Virus record (IMG/VR): IMGVR_UViG_3300042317_001568
Span: 124,001-188,000 of that record
Reading direction: 5' to 3' (one strand)
DNA: 64,000 bases
The translations under genes were made by a program, and so were the position numbers. The notes below the pieces were generated by a model. The model did no database searches and was not told where the DNA came from. It saw only the letters and a list, made by a program, of their open reading frames with translations. This document shows, piece after piece, positions 18,307 through 25,903 of this stretch. Positions within the stretch are counted from its first letter, which is position 1. The number at the start of each line of letters is the position of its first letter.

Positions 18307-19416
18307 ATGTTTTACGCGGCAATCGAATCTCGCCTCCGCATGGCGAAAATGCGGCAAAATCGTATTGCCCGCGTGATGTCCCGGGCGCGACACATATTCG
18401 CGCTGGTGACGACATTCGGGTTAGCGCGCAATCGTGAGAAACGCGCGGTACGCCGACGATGGCGTAAGTTTCAAGGCTGGTGGTTGCATACGCTAGAGCA
18501 GCTTTGCACTCACGGATTATGGTCACCGGTTTCAGACCAGTGTTTTTCTAATCTCACTGCAAACGAAGCCAACCGATTTGATTTCGCGTTTGGCTTGTGC
18601 ACGCGGTGTCTGCCTTTATGTGTGAAGTGGGTAGAGTCTCGCGCGTCTTTTGTGCGGCGTCTTCGTCGCAAAATAAACGCGCAGATTATTCCCTGCCGTA
18701 AGACGCATTTCTGTCCATCTTGTTTTGCGTCTTTGTCGGCCAACCAGTATCGAAAATTTAAAGAGGTCGTAAACGATCTTATTCAGAGTCACGCCGTCGT
18801 TAGCGTTACGGCGCACGTCTCTGCTGTGTTTATTCCAGCGACCACACTGTACGATAAAAATCTGCAGCAGGACGAGTATTTACGGGAAAACATTGGAGCT
18901 CTTCGGCAGGCTATAACGCACGCAAAAAATTTGCGGCAAAAGCTGCACAAGCGGTTTCAGCGCAACACGCTTGGGTCGTTCTGGCGGATCATCGCTGTTC
19001 CAATGCCAGACGGCTGGCGTTTGGAAACTCGATGGGTGGTGCTGCATCGAAGCGATACGCCCCCACCGATTGAAGACACTGACGACAGTCACGTACGGTT
19101 TCACAAAACTGTGGCTTTAGAGTACTCAACGTGGGCCGAGCGGTTTTCTAGCGGCGACCTTGATGACACGCTGGCCGACGTGCTGGCTCGATTTGCTAAA
19201 TATCCAGTATCGCTCATTCGCGGCGATGTAGACCTTATTGCTGCGTGGTTAAACGCTAGCGCAAGAACAAAAGTTTTGCTCGGAACTGGTCTTTTAAAAC
19301 AAGCCGGCCCAAGCCTTATTGGTCACTACAAAAAACGCGACAAGCGCACACGCCGAGCTCGCGCGTACAGGAGAAGTCGTCTTGCCGGGCAAACGACGCA
19401 AACGCGCAACACGTAA
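18307..19416 (+). CDS. basic protein with C-x4-CPxC motif, possibly a degenerate Rep-like protein
   Basis: PCRKTHFCPSC; no intact HUH motif. Confidence 0.45.
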   Translation: MFYAAIESRLRMAKMRQNRIARVMSRARHIFALVTTFGLARNREKRAVRRRWRKFQGWWLHTLEQLCTHGLWSPVSDQCFSNLTANEANRFDFAFGLCTRCLPLCVKWVESRASFVRRLRRKINAQIIPCRKTHFCPSCFASLSANQYRKFKEVVNDLIQSHAVVSVTAHVSAVFIPATTLYDKNLQQDEYLRENIGALRQAITHAKNLRQKLHKRFQRNTLGSFWRIIAVPMPDGWRLETRWVVLHRSDTPPPIEDTDDSHVRFHKTVALEYSTWAERFSSGDLDDTLADVLARFAKYPVSLIRGDVDLIAAWLNASARTKVLLGTGLLKQAGPSLIGHYKKRDKRTRRARAYRRSRLAGQTTQTRNT

Positions 19417-20518
19417 TGGTGTTGCTCCGGGTATTGCGTTTGACCCTGCGCCTACCACGCAGCGGTTACGCTACTTGTGTGAGTTCTTGTTTGCCGGCGA
19501 CCCCTATGCCATGGCGCAGGCGCTTGGCGTTTGTTATAGGCACTTCTATACGGTTTACGACGGCCGGTGTAAATTGTCGATTCGCATGGCGGGGCAAGTT
19601 ATTGCCGCGCTGAACGTTCGGGCCGAGTGGCTGCTAAACGGAACAGGGCCAATGCTAGCGACAGACATTTCTGAAATTCGATTTCATCTTGCGCCGACTA
19701 TACGTAGTTCGTTTCCGTTAAAATCGGCTGATCGGTTTATCCGGCCGGAAACTGTTTGCGCGGCGCCGTCTGATAATGCTGCGCCAGAAGCTGTGGGTGA
19801 TTACTCGGAAGCCGCCACCGCGCTTTTTAAGGCGCGTGTGCAGAATGCTCCGGTACTCCTGTTGGTCGGCGGCACCGCGGCACCAGCTGGCCCGGCAATG
19901 GCTTCTTTTATCCGTAGTGGTTATGCCGGCGCTGCTGGCTTTACCCTGCAGGCGGCAAAACAAGATGCCTCGCCGGCACTAGCCGCAGGTGAATTAGACT
20001 TAAACAACATAGCTAGGTTTGCTGCCGCCGTTGGCCGAGGATACGGGGAGGCTATTGCGTCAAAGATTCATAGTCCCCGTTCTCCGTGGCCCAGAGAGCA
20101 CAGCGCCTTGGCTGCGGCATACGACAACTCGCTGCCGATAGCTGTACAGGTTGAGCTTGGTGAAATACCCGAGCATTTTGGCCCAGTGCACGCCGGCGCA
20201 GAGTTAGGCGCCGCTGTTGGTTCTGCAGCGTATGTGGACCAGCTTGTGTTGGCTGACTATTTGCAAAAAATTGACTGCCATGACGCGGCAGTCATTATTT
20301 GCGTTGGAGAAGCACATCGTTGGCTGACTGCCTTATCGCGGCAGTCAACCTTACTTCGGAAAATCATCTTGGCAGACGCTGACACATCGGCGGCGCAGTG
20401 TTTTTCGCAAAAAGCGGCGCAGGTGATCTACATTGACAATAGTGCTTGTGTGTTTTTTCGTGAATTGCTTGTGGCGGTTCAGGCGGCTCAAGCCGCCGGT
20501 GAAATGACTGGAGAATAG
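19319..20518 (+). CDS. XRE-type HTH fused to a degenerate deoxyhypusine-synthase-like domain; start uncertain
   Basis: RLRYL...AMAQALGV...LNVRAEWLLNGTGPM; then GYGEAI, SALAAAY...LPIAVQVELG, GAAVGSAAYVD. Confidence 0.55.
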   Translation: MVTTKNATSAHAELARTGEVVLPGKRRKRATRNGVAPGIAFDPAPTTQRLRYLCEFLFAGDPYAMAQALGVCYRHFYTVYDGRCKLSIRMAGQVIAALNVRAEWLLNGTGPMLATDISEIRFHLAPTIRSSFPLKSADRFIRPETVCAAPSDNAAPEAVGDYSEAATALFKARVQNAPVLLLVGGTAAPAGPAMASFIRSGYAGAAGFTLQAAKQDASPALAAGELDLNNIARFAAAVGRGYGEAIASKIHSPRSPWPREHSALAAAYDNSLPIAVQVELGEIPEHFGPVHAGAELGAAVGSAAYVDQLVLADYLQKIDCHDAAVIICVGEAHRWLTALSRQSTLLRKIILADADTSAAQCFSQKAAQVIYIDNSACVFFRELLVAVQAAQAAGEMTGE

Positions 20519-20519
20519 A

Positions 20520-21734
20520 GTGGCAGATAGTGTTTTTGAACAAGTCGATCAGTTTGTGCTGCACTCTTCCGCGCCGACAGTTCCGAAAGAGGACGTATTG
20601 TCGGCGCAAGAGCAGCTCACCTTTGTGACGTCGCTTATTGACTTCTGGAAGCAGGTACCTAAAGCCTGTCGCGCTCAGTTGCAACGCGTGTCTGAAAGTA
20701 TTTCGCAGCTTGATTTCCCACTAATTGGTGGAGATTTTTACTCGGCATTGTTTTCTAGCGAGCGGATTGCCAGCGCAGAGAAGAAATACGGTTTGTCGCA
20801 GGAAGAGGTTTTTGCTGCGTTGCTGTACGCGCTGCAGCTGTTTTTGATGCGGTCTGACCCAAAGACGGCGGTTATCGATGACTTGTGGAAACTGGTTGTA
20901 ATTGCGCTGGAGAAAGCGGCCAACAGAAACAAGCCGACCAACGAGCCCGAGCTGTACAACGAGCGCATGGTGTCTCGGGTATTTAAACACCGCAAACAAA
21001 CCATTGCGTCGTTGGGCGCCGTCAACGCCGAGTATGTGTATTTTGAAACCCCGGTAGCCGACGACAAACATGGGCCAGAGCTCCGCGGACTGGCATTTAT
21101 TTCTCGCACTGATTTGCCAAAAGCAAAGCAGCCTGCTTTCGCCAATAAGCTTTTTGTGTTGCTCGAAACCGGCGAGCACATTATTGTCGAGACAAATGCT
21201 TCAAACCTAAGCCGCCACGCCGATCCCGAAGCCTACGAGAAAATTCCGGCGAGCTTGTTGCTGCAGGCGGTAATTGCGGCGCCACTGATGGTTCGCATGG
21301 GCGTTATTACTCGGTCTCAGGCTGATACTATCGCAGAAACGTTTGGTGAGTTTATTGCGCCTGTAACAGCAGAGATTATTGCTGACACGGCGTCCATGCT
21401 GCCGATTGAACAGGTGTTTGTGCGGGCGCACGCCAACACGGCTTATGCCGGGCACGTTACTGGACCCAACGGAGCCGAGGTGCGGTTTCCCGCACTAAGC
21501 ATCGACGACACCAATCAGCTCGCTTTTGTGTTGCGCGCGCGGATTACGCCGAGCAGCTATTACTTGGTATCTAGTCTGGTGGCGGGCGGAGACGACTCTC
21601 CCGATGTACCCATCATGAAAAATGACTACCCAAGACAGCTGTCTCCATACGGCGTATACTTATTTCCAACGTCGCAGGATTTGTTCGTGTTGTCGGCTTT
21701 TCCGCACAACTTTATTCTTGGCCCCGAGGGATAG
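20520..21734 (+). CDS. hypothetical protein
   Basis: 404-aa ORF, GGAG SD with GTG start. Confidence 0.7.
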   Translation: MADSVFEQVDQFVLHSSAPTVPKEDVLSAQEQLTFVTSLIDFWKQVPKACRAQLQRVSESISQLDFPLIGGDFYSALFSSERIASAEKKYGLSQEEVFAALLYALQLFLMRSDPKTAVIDDLWKLVVIALEKAANRNKPTNEPELYNERMVSRVFKHRKQTIASLGAVNAEYVYFETPVADDKHGPELRGLAFISRTDLPKAKQPAFANKLFVLLETGEHIIVETNASNLSRHADPEAYEKIPASLLLQAVIAAPLMVRMGVITRSQADTIAETFGEFIAPVTAEIIADTASMLPIEQVFVRAHANTAYAGHVTGPNGAEVRFPALSIDDTNQLAFVLRARITPSSYYLVSSLVAGGDDSPDVPIMKNDYPRQLSPYGVYLFPTSQDLFVLSAFPHNFILGPEG

Positions 21735-21739
21735 GCGGC

Positions 21740-22354
21740 ATGTATTTGTTCATGGACACGGAAACCGGCGGGCTAACGCCAGACCGTAGTTTGCTTACGG
21801 CGTCGTTTATTCCGGTGGACAAGAATTTCGGCATTATGCCGCTTACGTATTTCGATCCGCTAATGCAGCGGACAGAGCACGCTGAGTGCGGCCTGTATCT
21901 GGCTATTAAGCCGGAGACGTACGTCATCGACCAAGAGGCGTTAGCCGTTAACAAAATCAACATCGCCGAGCACGAGCGCGACGCGGTACCGGTCGACATG
22001 GCTCGCCGGCTGATCAACAGTTTTGTAGAAGCCGCGCGCAAAGAATCCGGCAAAAAGTATCTGGTCCCCGCCGGTCACAATGTGGCGTTTGACGTGCAGT
22101 TTTTGAAAGCGCAAATCTTCACTGAAGAAGAGTGGGACCGGTTGTTCACGTACCCGTTTCTGGACACAGCGTCTGCTGCGCGGTTCCTCAACGCAGCTGG
22201 GGCTATTGACGGCGGGTACTCGCTGACCACGATGCGGTCCAAGTTTTTGAGCGCCGATTTTGGAGTTGCGCACAACGCAGAAGTGGATAATCTGACGACT
22301 ATCGCGTTGGCTCAAAAGCTCACTGAATTCGTTCAACGGCGCGCCAGCGCCTAA
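21740..22354 (+). CDS. DEDDh 3'-5' exonuclease (DnaQ-like)
   Basis: FMDTETGGL (ExoI), GHNVAFD (ExoII), HNAEVD (ExoIII). Confidence 0.9.
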   Translation: MYLFMDTETGGLTPDRSLLTASFIPVDKNFGIMPLTYFDPLMQRTEHAECGLYLAIKPETYVIDQEALAVNKINIAEHERDAVPVDMARRLINSFVEAARKESGKKYLVPAGHNVAFDVQFLKAQIFTEEEWDRLFTYPFLDTASAARFLNAAGAIDGGYSLTTMRSKFLSADFGVAHNAEVDNLTTIALAQKLTEFVQRRASA

Positions 22355-22458
22355 ATCGCGTCAAACTTCCGCGATCTGGCACCCTAGTCATGAGTGGGTC
22401 ATAACCGTGAAGCGTACAGCAAAGAAAGGTGATACTCCAATTTGTGTGTGCGAAGCCG

Positions 22459-22467
22459 TGGTATAAA
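22459..22467 (+). promoter_or_regulatory. extended -10 promoter element upstream of the tRNA
   Basis: TGGTATAAA about 20 nt before the tRNA 5' end. Confidence 0.4.
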
Positions 22468-22487
22468 AGGACGTTACCGCGCGAAGC

Positions 22488-22558
22488 TGCCCGATGGTGT
22501 AACGGTAGCACAAGAGATTTTGGCTCTCTTAGTCTAGGTTCGAATCCTAGTCGGGCAT
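22488..22558 (+). tRNA. tRNA-Gln (anticodon TTG), CCA not encoded
   Basis: acceptor TGCCCGA/TCGGGCA, anticodon stem AGAGA/TCTCT with loop TT-TTG-GC, T-arm CTAGG-TTCGAAT-CCTAG. Confidence 0.93.
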
Positions 22559-22571
22559 TCGGAGGTTTTAA

Positions 22572-23120
22572 ATGAGTACTAGCGTAAATCTTTGGGATCA
22601 GCTAGACGTACCGCACAAAGGTTGGATTTTTTTAGACGTTATAGATACGGAAACAGCAGAAGCAACCTGCGAGATGTGCGGAAACGAGCGTATTCGTTAT
22701 GTACATATGATGGCGCACGCAGATTACGCCGCACGACTCAGTGTTGGTTGTGTGTGCGCCGAAAAAATGGCAGATGATTATGTTAACCCGCGTCGTCGCG
22801 AACGTAAATTGCGCAATGCTGCTGCAAAACGCATTCGCGACAAAAAACGTGAACTTGAAAATAAAGAAACGCGGCGACAACAAATACTTGACGCGGTGTG
22901 GCAAGAATCAAAAAACGGCAATCCGTATTTGCGCATAAATCTATACTACAGCGACAGTAGCCACATCTGGACGCGAAAAATTCACGCTGTAGTAGTCAAA
23001 TCAAAATTTACAGCTTCTTGGGCATTCTCTGTCGATGGCGTGTTTTCATCGTATAAGCACGCCAGCATAAACGCGGCGATGGCGGCGGCAAAACAAGAAA
23101 TTTTGCGCAAATTTGTTTAG
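22572..23120 (+). CDS. zinc-binding hypothetical protein (VPHKGW...CEMC..IRYVH...VGCVCA)
   Basis: GGAGG SD; AT-richer than its surroundings; stop codon lies within the tRNA-end repeat. Confidence 0.75.
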   Translation: MSTSVNLWDQLDVPHKGWIFLDVIDTETAEATCEMCGNERIRYVHMMAHADYAARLSVGCVCAEKMADDYVNPRRRERKLRNAAAKRIRDKKRELENKETRRQQILDAVWQESKNGNPYLRINLYYSDSSHIWTRKIHAVVVKSKFTASWAFSVDGVFSSYKHASINAAMAAAKQEILRKFV

Positions 23121-23142
23121 GTTCGAATCCTAGTCGGGCATT
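23118..23142 (+). repeat. 25-bp perfect direct repeat of the tRNA-Gln 3' end (att-like)
   Basis: TAGGTTCGAATCCTAGTCGGGCATT at 22535-22559 and 23118-23142. Confidence 0.9.
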
Positions 23143-23157
23143 GGTTTAATTTTACTT

Positions 23158-23490
23158 TTGGAGAACAACATGATTAAAAACAATTTGGTGTACCAGTCTT
23201 ATCGTTCGGCTAAGCAAAAGACAGAGCGGCGTTTAGTTGGATTGCCGCTGCGTAAGCATTTAATCAAAAACATTTGTCGCGTCATGAAGGAGTATGCTCC
23301 GCTTGTTGGCGTAACTCAAAAAGAAATTGCTGCCGACATTAAGGCTATTCAGGCGTGGAAACTTGATGCGGTGACAGATTGGTACTTCCTATACGACGCG
23401 CTTGGGTCTTCTTCTCGCCTTGATATTGAACTGCTTGATTTTTGTTCTTATGCGCGGTCGCGCTGGTGGTACAACCAACTTTCGCGGTAG
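23158..23490 (+). CDS. hypothetical protein (probable start ATG 23170)
   Basis: GGAG SD before ATG 23170. Confidence 0.6.
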   Translation: MENNMIKNNLVYQSYRSAKQKTERRLVGLPLRKHLIKNICRVMKEYAPLVGVTQKEIAADIKAIQAWKLDAVTDWYFLYDALGSSSRLDIELLDFCSYARSRWWYNQLSR

Positions 23491-23506
23491 AGTATTTTTT
23501 GGTTTT

Positions 23507-23648
23507 TGATCGGCTCCTCAGTGACAGCGACTAAGGCGGCGCTTTGGTGCGCCGGTACCCAACAGCCACGTGCTTGACCTAACCCGACGGGGTGAACTAC
23601 ACAGCATGCCGGTGAGGTACATAGCGGGTGCAATTCCCGCCCGATCAA
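23507..23648 (+). ncRNA. tRNA-like structured RNA with enlarged variable arm
   Basis: TGATCGG/CCGATCA acceptor-like stem, GCGGG-TGCAATT-CCCGC T-arm, internal hairpins; intergenic. Confidence 0.55.
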
Positions 23649-23699
23649 TTCGGAGGCTGACGTTAGAGTTACAAAAATTTGTTTAATAAGGACGCAGTA

Positions 23700-24008
23700 A
23701 TGACATTCAACGAACTGGAAGAGAAGGTACTGCAGTGGGCGATAGACCGAAAGATCATCCCCAACAGCAATCCGACAGCGCAACTCATGAAGACGATGTC
23801 GGAGTTGGGCGAGTTAGCCGACGCCACGCTCAAGGACAATCGACACGGCATTGTGGACGGCGTTGGCGACGTGCTGGTGACACTGATTCTGTACTGCAAA
23901 TTACAAGAAATCAGCGTAGCGGCATGTTTAGGCCGTGCCTACGATGAGATTAAAGATAGAAAAGGCACTTTAACACCAGAAGGTATTTTTGTGAAGGAGA
24001 CAGCATGA
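23700..24008 (+). CDS. MazG-like NTP pyrophosphatase
   Basis: WAIDRKI...QLMKTMSELGELA...DGVGDVLVTL...AYDEIKDRKG. Confidence 0.88.
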   Translation: MTFNELEEKVLQWAIDRKIIPNSNPTAQLMKTMSELGELADATLKDNRHGIVDGVGDVLVTLILYCKLQEISVAACLGRAYDEIKDRKGTLTPEGIFVKETA

Positions 24009-24283
24009 TCGATCCAAATAAAGTAATAAATGACTGCGAGCAAGCCGATCATATTATGCAGGATCAACGGGCCGAAATTGATCGGCTCAAGGAAGCCATC
24101 CGCCGCCTCGCTGACCAAGACGCCACGCTCTCGGTGTGCAACGGCAACGTGATTGTGACGATGGACGCCACTCTCACCGACGAGGAGCGGGAGGCGGTGG
24201 AGTGGGCGGAAGAACTCGCTGGAAACTGCGAAGAGTTTGATCGCGTGAACACGCTGCGCAACCTACTAGAGAGAACGAAGTGA
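24005..24283 (+). CDS. LTDEERE-family protein (paralog 1)
   Basis: TLTDEEREAV...TLRNLLER. Confidence 0.7.
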   Translation: MIDPNKVINDCEQADHIMQDQRAEIDRLKEAIRRLADQDATLSVCNGNVIVTMDATLTDEEREAVEWAEELAGNCEEFDRVNTLRNLLERTK

Positions 24284-24543
24284 CTAAAACACAATGTCAA
24301 GTTCCGTCGCAAATAAACGTGACGCTCACAGACGAGCAGCGAGAGTCATTGCGGGCGTCCTTGTCAGGCGGTGCAGGAGGCCCGCTGGTTCATCCACCGC
24401 AGCCCGCGCTCACCGCCGATGAGTGGGAAGCCGTCTGGCTGGCAATCGGAATGTTCGCGGAAGGGCCGGAGCATATCAAGCGACATGAGGAAATGGCCGA
24501 CACGCTGCGCAACCTGCTGGAGCGGCTAGGAGGTGCAAAGTGA
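24280..24543 (+). CDS. LTDEERE-family protein (paralog 2)
   Basis: TLTDEQRE / LTADEWEA...TLRNLLERLGG. Confidence 0.7.
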   Translation: MTKTQCQVPSQINVTLTDEQRESLRASLSGGAGGPLVHPPQPALTADEWEAVWLAIGMFAEGPEHIKRHEEMADTLRNLLERLGGAK

Positions 24544-24848
24544 GCGACACAAACAAGCCTGTGGCATGGGCAGTGACGCCGAACGGCCGCGACGAGGAGA
24601 TTGACTGCGAGTTCATCTACCCTGACGCCGCGACTGCCGGAGACGTTGCGCTGGGTTGCGATGGCGTGGTGTTGCCGCTCTTTCGTCCGAAGCCACCGCC
24701 TGCCACCACGCTCACCGACGAGGAGCGGGAGGCGTTGAATCGCGGAATCGACGCGTTGTACGGCGTGGAGGACGTATCGGATGGTGCGTGCCGCAGAGAC
24801 GATGCCGCAGCGAGGACGCTCCTCGCGTTACTGGAACGACTGAAGTGA
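24540..24848 (+). CDS. LTDEERE-family protein (paralog 3)
   Basis: PVAWAV...PLF...TLTDEEREAL...TLLALLERLK; stop within attC-like site A. Confidence 0.7.
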   Translation: MSDTNKPVAWAVTPNGRDEEIDCEFIYPDAATAGDVALGCDGVVLPLFRPKPPPATTLTDEEREALNRGIDALYGVEDVSDGACRRDDAAARTLLALLERLK

Positions 24849-24895
24849 GAACGATGCGATCTGCGGCGCAGTCCCCTCAATCGCGTGGTTCTGGA
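24845..24895 (-). repeat. attC-like site A (inner stem degenerate)
   Basis: GTGAGAAC-gat-GCGAT-CTGCGG...ATCGC-gtg-GTTCTGGA. Confidence 0.6.
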
Positions 24896-24906
24896 GACAC
24901 ACACAC

Positions 24907-25074
24907 ATGACAATCACTCAAATAATCGGTGCTGCACTGATCGCATCCCCCTTTGCGGGCGTTGCGGTGTTGTGCCACATGCACGGCGGCTGGCCCGCCG
25001 TTGCTGTAGTGTTTGGGGCGAGCGGAGCCGTTGTTGCTGTTATCGCACTTGGGTGCCGACTTCTGGTTCCATAA
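24907..25074 (+). CDS. 55-aa two-helix membrane protein (cassette 1; below ORF-track cutoff)
   Basis: MTITQIIGAALIASPFAGVAVLCHMHGGWPAVAVVFGASGAVVAVIALGCRLLVP; GGAG SD; TAA inside the TAAC box of site B. Confidence 0.7.
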   Translation: MTITQIIGAALIASPFAGVAVLCHMHGGWPAVAVVFGASGAVVAVIALGCRLLVP

Positions 25075-25119
25075 CGCTTGCGATCTGCGGCTCGTCCGCA
25101 GCATCGCGTGGTTCTCTCA
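25068..25119 (-). repeat. attC-like site B
   Basis: TAAC-gctt-GCGAT-CTGCGG-ctcg-t-CCGCAG-c-ATCGC-gtg-GTT. Confidence 0.8.
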
Positions 25120-25137
25120 GGGAGTCTGGTGCGATCA

Positions 25138-25326
25138 ATGAGATGGTTCATCTGCAAAAACCACAGCGGCGAGAAGTTTGTGAAACGCTGGTACGCGATC
25201 TGGCCGGTGACGGTCAAGGGTGAGACGCGATGGTTGGAGTGGGTCGCCGTGGAATACCGGAGGGTGTTCTACGTCGGCAAGGATCACATTCAGCACGGGG
25301 AGCAGGCGGTTCGGTTTGTGAGTTGA
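25138..25326 (+). CDS. hypothetical protein (cassette 2)
   Basis: MRWFICK...WPVTVKGETRWLE; TGA within the left box of site C. Confidence 0.65.
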   Translation: MRWFICKNHSGEKFVKRWYAIWPVTVKGETRWLEWVAVEYRRVFYVGKDHIQHGEQAVRFVS

Positions 25327-25415
25327 GAGAACACGCAGGATCAGGAGCGGCGAACAATGAGCGATGACAACACGCAGGACGGTGCCGAGCCGTCTCCTGC
25401 ATCCGCTGGTTATCC
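25324..25415 (-). repeat. attC-like site C (loop contains the ATG of the next gene)
   Basis: GAAC-acgca-GGAT-CAGGAG-CGGC...GCCG-t-CTCCTG-c-ATCC-gctg-GTT. Confidence 0.8.
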
Positions 25416-25590
25416 GCAGCAAGTCGCCTGCGACGCTTGCGGTGGTTCTGGAAAGTTCTGCGTAGGGGAGACATTGGTCAGCCGCGACATGGCGATAGAC
25501 GCAGAGTGTCCGTCGCTTGAGGGCACGCACTACGAGTACGAGTTCGCGCGGTGCCCGGCTTGCGGCGGCGACGGTTGGGTTCTTGGATAA
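25357..25590 (+). CDS. DnaJ-type CxxCxGxG zinc-finger protein (cassette 3)
   Basis: CDACGGSG and CPACGGDG; starts inside site C; TAA within the TAAC of site D. Confidence 0.7.
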   Translation: MSDDNTQDGAEPSPASAGYPQQVACDACGGSGKFCVGETLVSRDMAIDAECPSLEGTHYEYEFARCPACGGDGWVLG

Positions 25591-25644
25591 CGACAAGGAT
25601 AAGCGGCGGCTTCGCCGTCCGCTTCATCCGCTGGTTCTGCGTCA
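25585..25644 (-). repeat. attC-like site D
   Basis: TAAC-gacaa-GGAT-AAGCGG-CGGC-ttc-GCCG-t-CCGCTT-c-ATCC-gctg-GTT. Confidence 0.85.
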
Positions 25645-25657
25645 AACGAGGTGAGAC

Positions 25658-25903
25658 ATGAGAACGCTTGAAGACGAAGAAGACCCCTTCATTCCGACTC
25701 CGTCAGAGGCTCGTCGCTTCGGGCGGCTGGACAAGATGCCGGAACATAAGCGACTGAAGGCGACAGTGCGGATGTTTTTGGATGCGATCAGGTGTGTGCC
25801 GATGCGGGCGATTGACTGCGATCAACTTCTGGTAAGTGAACTGTTGAACCGTCTGCACGATGAAACAAAACCAAACCGCAAGAAGAAGCGTCGCGCAAAG
25901 TGA
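25658..25903 (+). CDS. hypothetical protein (cassette 4)
   Basis: GAGGTG SD; TGA at the left edge of site E. Confidence 0.65.
   Translation: MRTLEDEEDPFIPTPSEARRFGRLDKMPEHKRLKATVRMFLDAIRCVPMRAIDCDQLLVSELLNRLHDETKPNRKKKRRAK

Noticed and set aside
23507-23648. tmRNA or canonical tRNA
   Set aside because: Too short for tmRNA with no tag ORF or alanine identity elements; D and anticodon arms are non-canonical. Kept only as a tRNA-like RNA.
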